Assembly (NCBI GenBank): GCA_963665235.2
Contig: CAXXLX010000001.1
Coordinates: 1,056,001-1,120,000 of the forward strand
Reading direction: 5' to 3'
Origin: Candidatus Poribacteria bacterium
GTDB taxonomy: Bacteria > Poribacteria > WGA-4E > WGA-3G
DNA: 64,000 nt
A model generated the notes under the pieces. The model was not told the DNA's origin. It saw only the letters and a list, made by a program, of their open reading frames with translations, and did not search any database. Positions within the stretch are counted from its first letter, which is position 1. Each line of letters opens with the position of its first letter. Of the stretch, positions 17,661-28,449 are shown in pieces. The translations under genes were made by a program, and so were the position numbers.

Positions 17661-17786
17661 GTTCCTACTTCCTCCTTTGCTGAAATGTAGCAAACTCCCA
17701 ACTAATCAAAGTATATCATAAAATAGGCCCATTGGCAACTAAAAAAATTAAAATCGTTGACCTGCGCTCCCCGGTGTGCTATCATG

Positions 17787-18977
17787 TTAACGGCGGGGGA
17801 AAAACGTATCAATACCAGCCTCCACATCTTCTATCGGATGACCATACTGTTTCCGATAATTTTCGTGCGTATTCCGCTCCGTTTCCGTCAACTCCGTTAG
17901 CGGAAAATCAAGGCTTTCCTGACTACGTTTACCCGACTCGTTCATCGCAATATTCATCTCTTGGTCTTGCCTAGCGCGGGCAGCACCGTATTCCGGAGCC
18001 GTCCTGTTAAGCACAGCTGTAGCGATACTGAGAAGCTCGTCTGCCACCGCAATTTGTCCATCGGAGAGCGGATAGTTCTTGAACGGGTTTTCCCACGTCA
18101 CCATCTGTTCCGGGAGTTCCAACGTAATCTTTTCTGTCACGGTGACTCCATCTACGTCAATTGTGCTCCGTTCGGGCCGGTAAGCGATGCCTTTCGCACC
18201 AGATTCAAGGTCAGCGGGAGGGGTTACGTAAATATCTTTACCGACAATCGTGCCTCTGCTACCATCAATTTGGGAGATGCCCGTTTGTCCGCGACCCAAG
18301 GCGCGCGCATGAATGACATTGGAGTAAACCATAAGCGCGGTCGCCCCGTTATCGAATTCAATAAAACCAAGGCTCCAGTTCTCACGCGTATGATGCCGTT
18401 TCATCCGGTCAATAATCGGAATCACAGGACTTGTCTGTGTAATACCGAGTGCCGACTTCGGCTCACCACCAGCACGAAGACGAAGCATACTCATCCCGTG
18501 ATAACCCCCTTCATGAAAAATTCGGTAAATTCTAGCGACATCGCCTATAACGCCCGCTGCAATTACCTTCGACAGAAACCGCTCTTGAGGCGCGCGGTAA
18601 TAGTTTTCCGCCACCTCAAGCTTTACGTCATTGGCATCGGCACGTTCAATCATCAAATCGGTCATCGGTAACGTAACAGCGATAGGGGTTTCACAGAGGA
18701 TATGAACCCCCGCATCCGCCATAAAACAACCAATTGAGTGGTGTGCAACACCGGGGACAGTAATATCAACGACATCCAGGTCCTCCTGAGCTACAAGCTC
18801 ACGGACATTGGTATAGGGGGTTGCCCCGTACTGTTCGGCATAGCGCGTCGCTGTTTCTTCATCTATATCGCAAATCGCAACGAGATTGAAAACATCTTTA
18901 AGTTTCGCAATAACCGGTAGATGCGCGCCACCGCCGCGTCGACCCGCACCAATTAAAGCAATATTGAGTTTGGACAT
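17787..18977 (-). CDS. Gfo/Idh/MocA family oxidoreductase
   Basis: IALIGAG Rossmann start, LVAICD, HILCETP. Confidence 0.85.
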   Translation of the reverse strand: MSKLNIALIGAGRRGGGAHLPVIAKLKDVFNLVAICDIDEETATRYAEQYGATPYTNVRELVAQEDLDVVDITVPGVAHHSIGCFMADAGVHILCETPIAVTLPMTDLMIERADANDVKLEVAENYYRAPQERFLSKVIAAGVIGDVARIYRIFHEGGYHGMSMLRLRAGGEPKSALGITQTSPVIPIIDRMKRHHTRENWSLGFIEFDNGATALMVYSNVIHARALGRGQTGISQIDGSRGTIVGKDIYVTPPADLESGAKGIAYRPERSTIDVDGVTVTEKITLELPEQMVTWENPFKNYPLSDGQIAVADELLSIATAVLNRTAPEYGAARARQDQEMNIAMNESGKRSQESLDFPLTELTETERNTHENYRKQYGHPIEDVEAGIDTFFPRR

Positions 18978-19100
18978 ATATCAAAACTCCTTAGAACAAG
19001 TTTCATTTAAGATACCATTTTTCACACAGGCCTGTCAAGAGGATAGTAGGGCGATTCATCGCCCATCAGCCAATCGCTAATTGCCAATAACCAATAAACT

Positions 19101-19847
19101 ATGCTTGCCATTATTCTCAAAGACCTCCGTTTTTACACCAATTCGCGCAAATATCGACGAATCCATCTCCTAATTTTATGCGTGCTTACATTACTACTAT
19201 TCGTCACCGCCGTTGAATTTTACGCGCAACGCAGAACAGGAAACCCTATCACACTCGGGCAGCAGGTGTACACACTATTCATCATCGCCCTCTTCATCTT
19301 CCAATTCTGGGTGCCGAGACATGCCGTTGAAGCCCTGTGCCTAGAACGGACCTCTCATCCACATCTACCGGGGGATAGCGCGAACGCTGCACTGCTAAAG
19401 CTAACACCCATTGCAGCATGGAAAATACTAGCAGGCAAACTGGGAGCTGTTGTGCTCTGGACAATCTGGAGCATTTGGTTAGCAATACCCCTATTAGCAC
19501 TTTCAAGCTACATAGGCGGGTTGACAATATCGCAACTCCTGAAATGTGGTGTAGTGATATTAGGGAGTTGTCTCTTTTTCGCGCTGATTGGCATCGGGTG
19601 TGCGTTATGGTGTTCACCTATTAGTGCAAAAGGCATCAGTTACAGCGTTGCTCTGGCAATAACCTTCCTGCCCCTACTACCGATATCCCCCTTCGTGGAC
19701 ATTCCGATGTTAGAAGCAATAAGTCCCCTCTGCGCGTTACTATCAATTATTGGTTCAGGTGGAACATATCTTTGGGTGTGGAATATCTGTTTATTCGCCG
19801 TGTTATTTCTGCTGCTCTTCCCAATTCTGGCCATGAAGCTGCGCTAG
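19101..19847 (+). CDS. Multi-pass membrane protein (ABC-2 permease-like)
   Basis: About six TM segments, LLKLTP...ILAGKL motif. Confidence 0.6.
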   Translation: MLAIILKDLRFYTNSRKYRRIHLLILCVLTLLLFVTAVEFYAQRRTGNPITLGQQVYTLFIIALFIFQFWVPRHAVEALCLERTSHPHLPGDSANAALLKLTPIAAWKILAGKLGAVVLWTIWSIWLAIPLLALSSYIGGLTISQLLKCGVVILGSCLFFALIGIGCALWCSPISAKGISYSVALAITFLPLLPISPFVDIPMLEAISPLCALLSIIGSGGTYLWVWNICLFAVLFLLLFPILAMKLR

Positions 19848-19896
19848 CACGAGCGTTATATGTCCCACACGTAGACGCTAAATGGTATAATATTAA

Positions 19897-21876
19897 TTGA
19901 TGAATACGATAAAACAGACATCACATCCTCAACAAACACCGCAGTCCACCGACGGTTTGAGCTCCTCCCAGCCGAAAGCCGGCGTGACGTTTCGTGCAAT
20001 TCTGCTCGGCATTTTCCTCATCCCGCCCAACACCTATTTCATTATGGCGAATCATCTCCGCTTTTGGAGCACTTTGCCGACAACGATGTCCCTGATTTAC
20101 AACGTCGTCGTAACATTGGCGGTATTGACAAGTCTCAATTTGCTGCTCAAAAAATTGCTACCACGTTTCGCGCTTCGGCAGGGAGAGTTGCTTACCATCT
20201 ACGTTATCCTCTCGCTCTCCTCCGCAATTGCGGGGCATGACATGATGCAAACCGTTGTGCCTGTCATACCGAACGGGTTTTGGTTCGCCACACCTGAAAA
20301 TGAGTGGCAACAGCTCTTCTGGCGGCACCTACCCAATTGGCTTACACTCAGCGAACTCTCTGTCTTGCAAGATTTTTACGATGGCGATACAACCTTCTAC
20401 ACAAAAAAATATATAACCGCATGGTGGCAACCGATTTTATGGTGGACAGTGCTTTTGTCTGTCCTAATTTGGGTGATGATTTGTATCGACCTGCTCTTAC
20501 GGAAACAGTGGATAGAACGGGAACGATTGACCTATCCGATTGTCCGCCTACCGATAGAAATGACGCACACAGATGGGCGGCTCTTTAAAAACAAAATGCT
20601 GTGGGCAGGTTTCGCAATTGCAGGAAGCATCGACCTCATTAACGGTATCCACGCCTTCTTCCCCGCTTTTCCGGAGATACCGGTTCGCAAAGCAAACCTC
20701 GGTATCTATTTTACCGAAAAACCGTGGGATGCAATGGGATGGACCCCCATCTATATTCTCTCCTTCGGAGTCGGGCTCGCCTTTTTGATGCCATTAGAGA
20801 TGTCATTTTCGCTCTGGTTTTTCTACCTATTCTGGAAAGCGGAGCGTATTTTAGGGAGGGCTATGGGACTACAGATTTTGCCAGGCTTTCCTTACGATGG
20901 ACCCCAGGGAGTCGGTGCGTATCTCGCCATCGCATGCTGTGGACTATACGGGGGCCGCAAACACTTTTATGCAATTTTCAGAAACCTGTTCCGCAAAAAA
21001 GGGACCGGCATGAACACGTTGTCTCCCGAAGACGCAGACGCAACAGACTATCGATGGCCAGTAGCGGGATTGATAGCAGGGGTGCTTTTCCTTTTCATCT
21101 TTTCAAACTACGGGGGGATGGCAGTTTGGATGATTGCGTTGTATTTCCTTATCTATTACCTACTCGCGTTAGGCATCACCCGGGTACGTGCCGAAGTCGG
21201 GCCGCCGACGCATGAAATGTTTGTAGCGAACCCGCGGCGATTCATCTTAGATACACTCGGTTCGCGCCCGATTCCGCCACGGAGCCTCACCATGATGTCG
21301 CTCTATTACGCCTTTAATCGCGGCTACCGTGCACATCCGATGCCCCATACATTAGAGGGATTTAAACTCGTTGAAGTCGCAAACATGAAAGCCGGGCGAA
21401 TGGTCATAGCCATGATGTGTGCCGTCGTTTTCGGCATCCTCGCCGCGTTCTGGTCATACCTCGCCGTATCCTACGAAATAGGCGCGAACCCGGGTCTGGG
21501 AAACGGCGGCTATAACAGACTCCGCTCCTGGCTCTACTATCCGAGCGAAACGAACGTTCCCGCCGTCACCTTTATGGGTATTGGGTTTCTGTTTACGACG
21601 TTATTGTGGTGGTTGCGCACCCGTTTCCCAATGTTTCCGTTTCATCCCACCGGATATGCTGTCGCAAGCAGTATGTGGACATTTGGATGGCTCTGGTTCT
21701 CGGTGTTAGTAAGTTGGGCAGCAAAAAATCTCATCTTACGATTTGGCGGTATCCGTCTCTATCATCGAGTCTTACCGCTATTTTTAGGGCTGATTTTAGG
21801 TGAATTTATTGTCGGCGGGGCGTGGGTGTTAATTCGCCTTATCTGGGGAGTCTCTGTTTATTCATTCTACCGTTAG
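19897..21876 (+). CDS. Large polytopic membrane protein (OPT-like, DUF6785/6784-type)
   Basis: TFRAILLG, ELLTIY, QWIERERLTYPI, PFHPTGY, FLGLILGE. Confidence 0.7.
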   Translation: MMNTIKQTSHPQQTPQSTDGLSSSQPKAGVTFRAILLGIFLIPPNTYFIMANHLRFWSTLPTTMSLIYNVVVTLAVLTSLNLLLKKLLPRFALRQGELLTIYVILSLSSAIAGHDMMQTVVPVIPNGFWFATPENEWQQLFWRHLPNWLTLSELSVLQDFYDGDTTFYTKKYITAWWQPILWWTVLLSVLIWVMICIDLLLRKQWIERERLTYPIVRLPIEMTHTDGRLFKNKMLWAGFAIAGSIDLINGIHAFFPAFPEIPVRKANLGIYFTEKPWDAMGWTPIYILSFGVGLAFLMPLEMSFSLWFFYLFWKAERILGRAMGLQILPGFPYDGPQGVGAYLAIACCGLYGGRKHFYAIFRNLFRKKGTGMNTLSPEDADATDYRWPVAGLIAGVLFLFIFSNYGGMAVWMIALYFLIYYLLALGITRVRAEVGPPTHEMFVANPRRFILDTLGSRPIPPRSLTMMSLYYAFNRGYRAHPMPHTLEGFKLVEVANMKAGRMVIAMMCAVVFGILAAFWSYLAVSYEIGANPGLGNGGYNRLRSWLYYPSETNVPAVTFMGIGFLFTTLLWWLRTRFPMFPFHPTGYAVASSMWTFGWLWFSVLVSWAAKNLILRFGGIRLYHRVLPLFLGLILGEFIVGGAWVLIRLIWGVSVYSFYR

Positions 21877-21892
21877 CGGGATTATTTACACC

Positions 21893-22000
21893 GGGTGTGT
21901 AATCCGCAATTCTGAACAGTTCACAAAATGCAGACAGGTTCGCAAAAAACTCTTTCTCCGTGTCCTCTGTGTCCTCCGTGTAATCCGCGATTCTGACAGT
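21893..22000. repeat. AATCCGCGATTC(A/T)GACA intergenic module
   Basis: Same motif near 25898, 25994, 34089, 37086, 37226, and inverted partial near 45220. Confidence 0.75.
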
Positions 22001-22012
22001 TACGCAGCACAC

Positions 22013-23878
22013 TTAAGGCTCAAATTCCCAAAAAAGAATAGTACCGTCCCAACTCCCACTAACTATAGTGTTCCCATCAGGACTAAACGACACGCTACTG
22101 ACATCACCCGTATGTCCTTTGAGTGTTTCGATAAGTTGCCTTGTGCTTAGGTTCCATAGACGAATAGTTTTGTCCACGCTCCCGCTAACTATCGTATTCC
22201 CATCCGGACTAAACGACACACTATTGACCGGACCCGTATGTCCTTTGAGTGTTTCGATAAGTTGCCCTGTGCTTGTGTGCCATAGCCGAATAGTCCAGTC
22301 CCCACCCCCACTAACAAGTATACGAGCATTCAAACTAAAAAAGGACACGCCATTGACCGGACCCGTATGTCCCATGAGTGTTCTGATAAGGTGTCCGGTG
22401 CCCGTGTCCCATAGACCAATAGTCCTGTCCGAACTCCCACTAACTATCGTCCTACCATCTGGACTAAACGATACACTAGTGACATCACCCATATCTCCTT
22501 CGAGTGTTTTGATAAGGTGTCCTGTTATAGCGTCCCACAGACGAATAGTATTGTCATCGCCCCCACTAACTATCGTCCTACCATCCGGACTAAACGATAC
22601 GCTACTGACATCACCCCCATGTCCTTCGAGTGTTTTGATAAGGTGTCCTGTTGTAGCGTCCCACAGACGAATAGTATTGTCATCGCCCCCACTAACTATC
22701 GTCCTACCATCCGGACTAAACGATACGCTAGCGACATCACCCATATCTCCTTCGAGTGTTTTGATAAGGTGTCCTGTTATAGCGTCCCACAGACGAATAG
22801 TATTGTCATCACCCCCACTAACTATCGTCCTACCATCCGGACTAAACGATACGCTTTCAACCCACCCTGTATGTCCTTCGAGTGTTCTGATAAGTTGTCC
22901 TGTGCTAACGTCCCATAGACGAATAGTATTGTCATCACCCCCACTAACTATCGTCCTACCATCCGGACTAAACGATACGTTATAGACACGCCTTGTATCT
23001 TCTGGGAGTGTTCTGATAATTTGTCCTGTGCTAACGTCCCATAGACAAATAGTATTGCCATCACCCCCACTAACTATCGTCCTACCATCCGGACTAAACG
23101 ATACGCTTTCGACCCACCTTGTATGTCCCGTGAGTGTTTTGATAAGTTTTCCTGTGTTCGTATCCCATAGACGAATAGTCTTGCCATCACCCCCACTAAC
23201 TATCGTCCTACCATCCGGACTAAACGATACGCTTTCGACCCACCTTGTATGTCCCGTGAGTGTTTTGATAAGTTTTCCTGTGTTCGTATCCCACAGTTGG
23301 ATAGGATTGTTATAACTCCCACTAACGATACTAACGATAGTATTCCCATCTGGACTAAACGACACGCTAATAACCAACTTCGGATCTCCCGTGAGTGTTC
23401 TGATAAGTTCTCCTGTCCTAATGTCCCATAGACCAATAGTTTTGTCCATACTCCCACTAACTACGGTGTTACCATCCGGACTAAACGACACACTAGTGAC
23501 ATCACCGGTATGTCCTGTAAGCACTCTGATAGGCTTTCCAGTATTTGTGTCCCATAGACGAATAGTCTTGTCATCACCCCCACTAACGATAGTATTCCCA
23601 TCTGGACTAAAAGACACGCTATTGACCGGCCCTGTATGTCCTGTAAATAGGTTAAGTTCTTCCCCTGTCTGAACATCATAAATCCAAATCCCGATACTAC
23701 CACCAACAGCTAACCGCGTGCCATCTGGTGAAAACCGTATCTCATTTATAGAACCTTTACCAAGACGGACTTTCGCCCCCTTTGGTAAGTTCCATTGTGT
23801 ATAGTCTACAGCGAAAATGTTTGGGGTAACCATTAGGAGCACAAACAAAATCGTTAGCATCAAAAACATAGTTCGCAT
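22013..23878 (-). CDS. Secreted WD40 repeat protein (about 14 repeats)
   Basis: Signal peptide, LPKGAKVRLGKG lead-in, tandem GH...V.SVSFSPDG.TIVSG..D.TIRLWD units on 126-bp DNA repeats. Confidence 0.95.
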   Translation of the reverse strand: MRTMFLMLTILFVLLMVTPNIFAVDYTQWNLPKGAKVRLGKGSINEIRFSPDGTRLAVGGSIGIWIYDVQTGEELNLFTGHTGPVNSVSFSPDGNTIVSGGDDKTIRLWDTNTGKPIRVLTGHTGDVTSVSFSPDGNTVVSGSMDKTIGLWDIRTGELIRTLTGDPKLVISVSFSPDGNTIVSIVSGSYNNPIQLWDTNTGKLIKTLTGHTRWVESVSFSPDGRTIVSGGDGKTIRLWDTNTGKLIKTLTGHTRWVESVSFSPDGRTIVSGGDGNTICLWDVSTGQIIRTLPEDTRRVYNVSFSPDGRTIVSGGDDNTIRLWDVSTGQLIRTLEGHTGWVESVSFSPDGRTIVSGGDDNTIRLWDAITGHLIKTLEGDMGDVASVSFSPDGRTIVSGGDDNTIRLWDATTGHLIKTLEGHGGDVSSVSFSPDGRTIVSGGDDNTIRLWDAITGHLIKTLEGDMGDVTSVSFSPDGRTIVSGSSDRTIGLWDTGTGHLIRTLMGHTGPVNGVSFFSLNARILVSGGGDWTIRLWHTSTGQLIETLKGHTGPVNSVSFSPDGNTIVSGSVDKTIRLWNLSTRQLIETLKGHTGDVSSVSFSPDGNTIVSGSWDGTILFWEFEP

Positions 23879-23935
23879 CAGGTTGCCGATGATATTAACC
23901 TATCTATTTCCGTGGAATACTATGTATTTCACATC

Positions 23936-25519
23936 TTAGACGGTTTGCAAGTTGCTTATAGAAAGCAACCAGGGTTCATCTACCAAAGCACGCAGAAATA
24001 TCCCGCGTGCGCCGTTCAAATCTCTGTCCATCGTCCGACCTGCGCCATCTTTGATAACTTTAGCACCGCCTAAGTTTTTGACAATCTCACCTGTCCACGA
24101 CACGGTTTTTGATGTATACGCTTCACAAACATCTACCACAAGACACCCCGTTTCTTTTGCTTTATGCTTAAGGAACTGTTTGAAACGGTAATGAGAGAGG
24201 GTCAGCATTTGGCGTGCGGTTTTCTTATGGAGTTTGCGTCCACTTTTGCACGTCATTTGAGAAGTCTCAAAAGTGGGGAGTAAGATGATATCAAAGTTAT
24301 CTACAAGCCAGCGTGCGACTTTCTTATGAAGTTCATCAATAAGATTGCGTATTTTGCGGCGAAGCCGTTTTGCTGCGTTTCGCATATTGCGGCGTTGTGG
24401 GCGTTTTGCTTTTGCAGCCCGGCTGAGTAGGTCGTCGAGATATGAACAAAGTCGTTGGATTTTATTGATAGCGTGGTGTCCAAGCCAGCCGAAGCCATCT
24501 TCACAAAAATAGGTGAGAAACGTTCTGATACCGGGGTCAAGTGCGACAACACGCCCGCTTGGTTCTCGCTTTCGTATCGTCACACTATAACTGACACACA
24601 AATAGTAGTGTGTGCCCTCTTTGACTAAGCGGGAGTCTTTGATATTTTCAGGGAGACGCTCACTGAGTCTAAGTTTTCCTAACTTTGTGTGATAGACACC
24701 CTTTTCAGATATGGCACCTTTGGGTATAAAGATAGACTGTTTATCGTTTTTCCGACTACGGAACTTCACGCATTGAAATGTGCTTCTCTGCTGATAGTCT
24801 ATTTTCGCGTTCTGGACAGCTTGACAGGCATCCCGAATAGCAACTGACTTGACTTGATAAGGAACAGCCTTCGCCCAATCGGGTAAGTCGTCAAGGATAC
24901 CTGTCTTAATCGCCATCCAGTTCGCTTTTGTCTCAGGCTGACGCAAATAGTCAATCGCTTTGTTATAGACAAAACGAGATGTGCCTATCCATTGACGCAG
25001 CGTCTCACGCTGTTCCGGTGTCGGATAGACTCTTATCTTCTTTGATTTTGTTACGGTAACTTCGGAGTCCGCGCAGTCTGCAACTGAAGACAGGCAGGAT
25101 TGCGAGAAGATTGGATGTGAGGTCTTCTTGTCGACTGTGTTCTGTTTGGTCAAAAACCACGAGTTCGCCAACGTTTTGTTCAATGAGGTATCGAATAAGG
25201 GCGATACTGAACCGGGCGAGACGAGCCCGATGGGCAATAACAACCTAGAGCTTATCACCTTGCATAAGCCGGTCCAATAAGGTTCTAACCCCTTTTCTTT
25301 TGAATTTGAGACCACTACCGATGTCTCTAATGATTTCTGCTTCGGGGTAGATACTTCGCATATACGCGACTTGTCGTTCAAGGGCATCTCTTTGGTTTGG
25401 GCTGGACACCCTGCAATAGCAAAGAGTGGTCCTTGGTTTTGATTTGCTTTTGATGGACCCATCAACATCATAGCGTCCATGTCCGCCTCCTGTGCGGGTT
25501 GTCCCAATCTTTCCTTCAT
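23936..25519 (-). CDS. tnpB: IS607 TnpB, Fanzor2-like, long N-terminus
   Basis: ALDPG, IILLPTFET, VCEAYTSKT, DRDLNGARGI; AAGGAG 8 nt before the ATG. Confidence 0.9.
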   Translation of the reverse strand: MKERLGQPAQEADMDAMMLMGPSKANQNQGPLFAIAGCPAQTKEMPLNDKSRICEVSTPKQKSLETSVVVSNSKEKGLEPYWTGLCKVISSRLLLPIGLVSPGSVSPLFDTSLNKTLANSWFLTKQNTVDKKTSHPIFSQSCLSSVADCADSEVTVTKSKKIRVYPTPEQRETLRQWIGTSRFVYNKAIDYLRQPETKANWMAIKTGILDDLPDWAKAVPYQVKSVAIRDACQAVQNAKIDYQQRSTFQCVKFRSRKNDKQSIFIPKGAISEKGVYHTKLGKLRLSERLPENIKDSRLVKEGTHYYLCVSYSVTIRKREPSGRVVALDPGIRTFLTYFCEDGFGWLGHHAINKIQRLCSYLDDLLSRAAKAKRPQRRNMRNAAKRLRRKIRNLIDELHKKVARWLVDNFDIILLPTFETSQMTCKSGRKLHKKTARQMLTLSHYRFKQFLKHKAKETGCLVVDVCEAYTSKTVSWTGEIVKNLGGAKVIKDGAGRTMDRDLNGARGIFLRALVDEPWLLSISNLQTV

Positions 25520-25593
25520 TTGCTAATCTCCTTAAGTGATTCGGGGTCCAATCCAGCATTTCCGATGCTGGACGGCGCGGATACATAAGTCAT
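25005..25593 (-). pseudogene. tnpA: IS607 tnpA pseudogene
   Basis: Frameshift a few codons after ATGACTTATGTATCC and premature TAG at 25245 where copy 1 has GAA; 3' end approximate. Confidence 0.85.
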
Positions 25594-25688
25594 ATATATT
25601 GTAACACAAATATATTGAAATGTCAAGAAAAATATAGATTTTATGCTACTGTTCCGCAACCTCCTTCTGTTTAGTCCAGCATGGACGA

Positions 25689-25865
25689 TATGTTTATAGA
25701 ATTATGGCTGTTGGCTTATGGCTGTTAGCAAGAGAAAGAGGCTTCTGACGCGCGTCAGAGGGTTATCTATAATCACAACATCTTGCCAGGAGAGAAAATA
25801 ATGAAAATCGCAGATTTTCATCTATTTCTCCTTTCTGCCAATCGCCAATTGCTAATCGCTAATTT
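25689..25865. repeat. Heptamer-armed palindromic element, copy C, with extra internal hairpin
   Basis: TCTGACGCGCGTCAGA core, AATCACAACATCTTGCCA as in copy A, inserted GGAGA..ATGAAAATC/GATTTTCAT..TCTCC stem. Confidence 0.75.
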
Positions 25866-26021
25866 AAAATCCGCGAAATCCGTGTTCTCCGTGCTAATCC
25901 GCGATTCAGACAAAAAAACACAACATCACTTAATCCCAAAACCTTGACGCGCACACCTCTTAAAATCCGCGCAAATCCGATAAATCCGCGCAAATCCGAG
26001 ATTCAGACAACGCACGCCAAA

Positions 26022-26198
26022 TCCCTCTTCCCCTCTTCCATTCTCCCATTCTTCCCTTCTTCCATTCTCCCATTCTTCCCTTCTTCCATCCTTCCCCTCT
26101 TCCATCCTTCCCCTCTTCCATCCTTCCCCTCTTCCATCCTTCCATTCTTCCCTCTTCCATTCTTCCATCCATCCCTCTGACAAAAACTTTACACACCT
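26022..26198. repeat. Polypyrimidine octamer tract (TTCCATCC/TTCCCCTC/TTCCATTC)n ending in GACAAAAACTTTACACACC
   Basis: Directly visible; similar tracts at 37120-37145, 37262-37345, 42820-42875 and inverted near 45176. Confidence 0.88.
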
Positions 26199-26203
26199 CG
26201 CGC

Positions 26204-27580
26204 TCACAACAGTTGACTCTCCCACCATGAGAGATAATCTGCATCGCTTATATCGGGTGAAAGCCCACGCTTTTCCATACCCTGCCTGAAATTTTCAGCC
26301 ATGTGTTCATCCCAATAGGAGGTAACCTCTGGCGACTCCGGTGTTTCCCCCATATCCCCTGTCGCCTCTATCCACGTGTCCAGTTGTGCAGCCAGCTCAT
26401 CTCGAACCACCTCATAATTTCCATCAGCGGCTAGATTGTTAACCTCGTACGGGTCCGCCTGTAGGTCATACAGTTCCACCGCAGGACGGGTCTGTTGCAC
26501 GAACAGCTGTTGCGCCGGTGACAATTCGCCACTTTGCGAAAGCACCTGTAGCAGCGTCCACACCGGATATTGTAATTTTTTATACGAATTGAATTGCATA
26601 TAGGGCAGTTCAGGATGATAATTGCGAATGAGTTTATAGCGGTGCGTGCGAATACATCGAATCCGGTCATCGGTACCGTCACATCGGTCCCGCGCTGCGA
26701 AGATAGCCTTGCGCCGTGCTGCTTCAGGACCGAGGAAAATTTGTCCTTGCATATAGTCCGGTATTGGAATGCCAGCCAGCGACAGCGTCGTCGGCGTGAA
26801 ATCAACCCCACTGATAAGTGAATCATCGACAGTGCCGGGCTCAACCTGCCCTGGCCAGCGAACAATCAGCGGAATGTGAATACCGCCATCGTAGAGAAAT
26901 TGCTTGCATCGGACATGCGCACGCCCATGGTCGCTCATAAAAAAGACAACAGTGTTATCTGAGAGCCCCTCCGCGTCCAACCGTTCCAGAATTTGCCCTA
27001 CCTTCCGGTCCAAAATCTGGATACTTTCGAGATAAAGTGCCCAATCCTTGCGTGTAAGCAGATGGTCCGGATAGTAAGGCGGCACTTCCACATCATCCGG
27101 ATGAATTGGCCGTTCCGGGTCCGGTTTAAAAACGCGGTGCGTATCGGGAATGTTAATTTGGGCATAAAAAGGCTGTCCTTCCGGGCGTTCACGCCAATCT
27201 ATGCCATCAAAAGGCTGCTCACGTTTGAAGTTAAAATCGGTTTTACCGGGACGTTTATAGGGCGGGCCGGGGCTATTGCAAGTAAAATATCCCGCCTCTC
27301 GGAAGCAGTCAGTGATGAGCTGCATATCAGCTCGCAGCGGTTTATCCCGATTGCTCCGATGGTTATGAGCATCAAAATTGGTTTGATATGTCCCCGTAAT
27401 AAGCGTAGAGCGGCTCGGTGAGCAGACAGGACATGTAACAAACGCACTGGTATAACGCGTACCCTCCGCCGCCAGTCGGTCAATATTCGGCGTTTGCACA
27501 GCAGGTGTCCCGTAGCAGCCGAGTTCAGGCGAAAGATCTTCGCCATAAATCCAGAGAATGTTCGGTTGTTTCGCTGACAT
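26204..27580 (-). CDS. Formylglycine-dependent sulfatase
   Basis: PNILWI..ED, CSPSR, GKTD, SDHG; start at MSAKQ behind GGAGG. Confidence 0.93.
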   Translation of the reverse strand: MSAKQPNILWIYGEDLSPELGCYGTPAVQTPNIDRLAAEGTRYTSAFVTCPVCSPSRSTLITGTYQTNFDAHNHRSNRDKPLRADMQLITDCFREAGYFTCNSPGPPYKRPGKTDFNFKREQPFDGIDWRERPEGQPFYAQINIPDTHRVFKPDPERPIHPDDVEVPPYYPDHLLTRKDWALYLESIQILDRKVGQILERLDAEGLSDNTVVFFMSDHGRAHVRCKQFLYDGGIHIPLIVRWPGQVEPGTVDDSLISGVDFTPTTLSLAGIPIPDYMQGQIFLGPEAARRKAIFAARDRCDGTDDRIRCIRTHRYKLIRNYHPELPYMQFNSYKKLQYPVWTLLQVLSQSGELSPAQQLFVQQTRPAVELYDLQADPYEVNNLAADGNYEVVRDELAAQLDTWIEATGDMGETPESPEVTSYWDEHMAENFRQGMEKRGLSPDISDADYLSWWESQLL

Positions 27581-27590
27581 AATAACCTCC

Positions 27591-28436
27591 TTACACTGCC
27601 CCGTTAACATTACCCACCACATACCGACTACGGAACAGAGTTCGCCGCATCGGCGGCATCGCTTCAAGCAGTTTCGGATGCGGCTGATAAACCTTAGCAT
27701 AACCGCTGTCTACCGGACTGTATAGGTTGAATACCGCCAACCTATCGTTGTCGGTATTGGTCCACGTCGACGCGCTGTGCGTAAGTGCTTCTGTAAAAAA
27801 GAGGAGCGACCCTGCGGGGCAACCGTAAGTGCTCCAAATATCCGAATCCGGATTTTGGATTTCCGCTGGGGCCGTATAAACCGCCTTATGACTGCCGGTC
27901 ACTAAGAGGGTGCCACCTTGCCCCTTCTTGACCTCGTTCAGTTCCCACACAATACGGGTGTGCGGACTGTACCCTTTACCGGGAAAAGCATTATAGTAGT
28001 GTGCATCCCCGGGAAATCGGAGGAGCCCATTGCCATTGTGCGGACCAAAGTTCCCCATACTAGGCGTACGATAAAAGAGATGCGTGCTCTCAACAGAAAA
28101 ACCGTAGCATGCAGGACTCGTCACGGCTGGGTGTGCCGTAAATTCGTTTAGAAGTGAGACAACGAGCGGATGGTCAATCAATTTCTGAAGAGGGCCACCG
28201 AGCGTGCTACGTTCGTGTTCCGGAATAGATTCGGGGTCGTGGTGGAGGCGAAGTGCAAAATCACGCATCTCCGCCAATTCTGGCCCCGTGAAAACCGCGG
28301 GTATCAGCAACCATCCATGCGTATCAAAAGCATATTTCTGCTCCGCAGTAAGTTCGGGAACGGTTACACCATCAGCATTGCAGGTCGGCAGTTCACATGG
28401 ACCTGACGGTAATATTGAGCTGTCATGTATTTCCAT
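27591..28436 (-). CDS. PhyH-family Fe(II)/2OG oxygenase with HxG motif
   Basis: EQKYAFDTHGWL, HNG, GGTLLVTGSHKA, TEALTH, conserved R. Confidence 0.8.
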   Translation of the reverse strand: MEIHDSSILPSGPCELPTCNADGVTVPELTAEQKYAFDTHGWLLIPAVFTGPELAEMRDFALRLHHDPESIPEHERSTLGGPLQKLIDHPLVVSLLNEFTAHPAVTSPACYGFSVESTHLFYRTPSMGNFGPHNGNGLLRFPGDAHYYNAFPGKGYSPHTRIVWELNEVKKGQGGTLLVTGSHKAVYTAPAEIQNPDSDIWSTYGCPAGSLLFFTEALTHSASTWTNTDNDRLAVFNLYSPVDSGYAKVYQPHPKLLEAMPPMRRTLFRSRYVVGNVNGAV

Positions 28437-28449
28437 TTTCACATCCCCC

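Larger units (their letters stand above)
23886..25661 (-). mobile_element. IS607-family element, copy 2 (tnpA inactivated, tnpB intact)
   Basis: Ends homologous to copy 1 with GG cores at 23886-23887 and 25660-25661. Confidence 0.9.

Noticed and set aside
22068-23672. Long plus-strand repetitive ORFs; possible diversity-generating retroelement template/variable repeats
   Set aside because: They are antisense shadows of the WD40 repeats; no reverse transcriptase and no evident adenine-specific variation
25926-26244. ORFs rich in EGWK/PSSILP (also 36987-37435 and 45095-45474)
   Set aside because: Translations of stop-free octamer repeats with no RBS or domain signal
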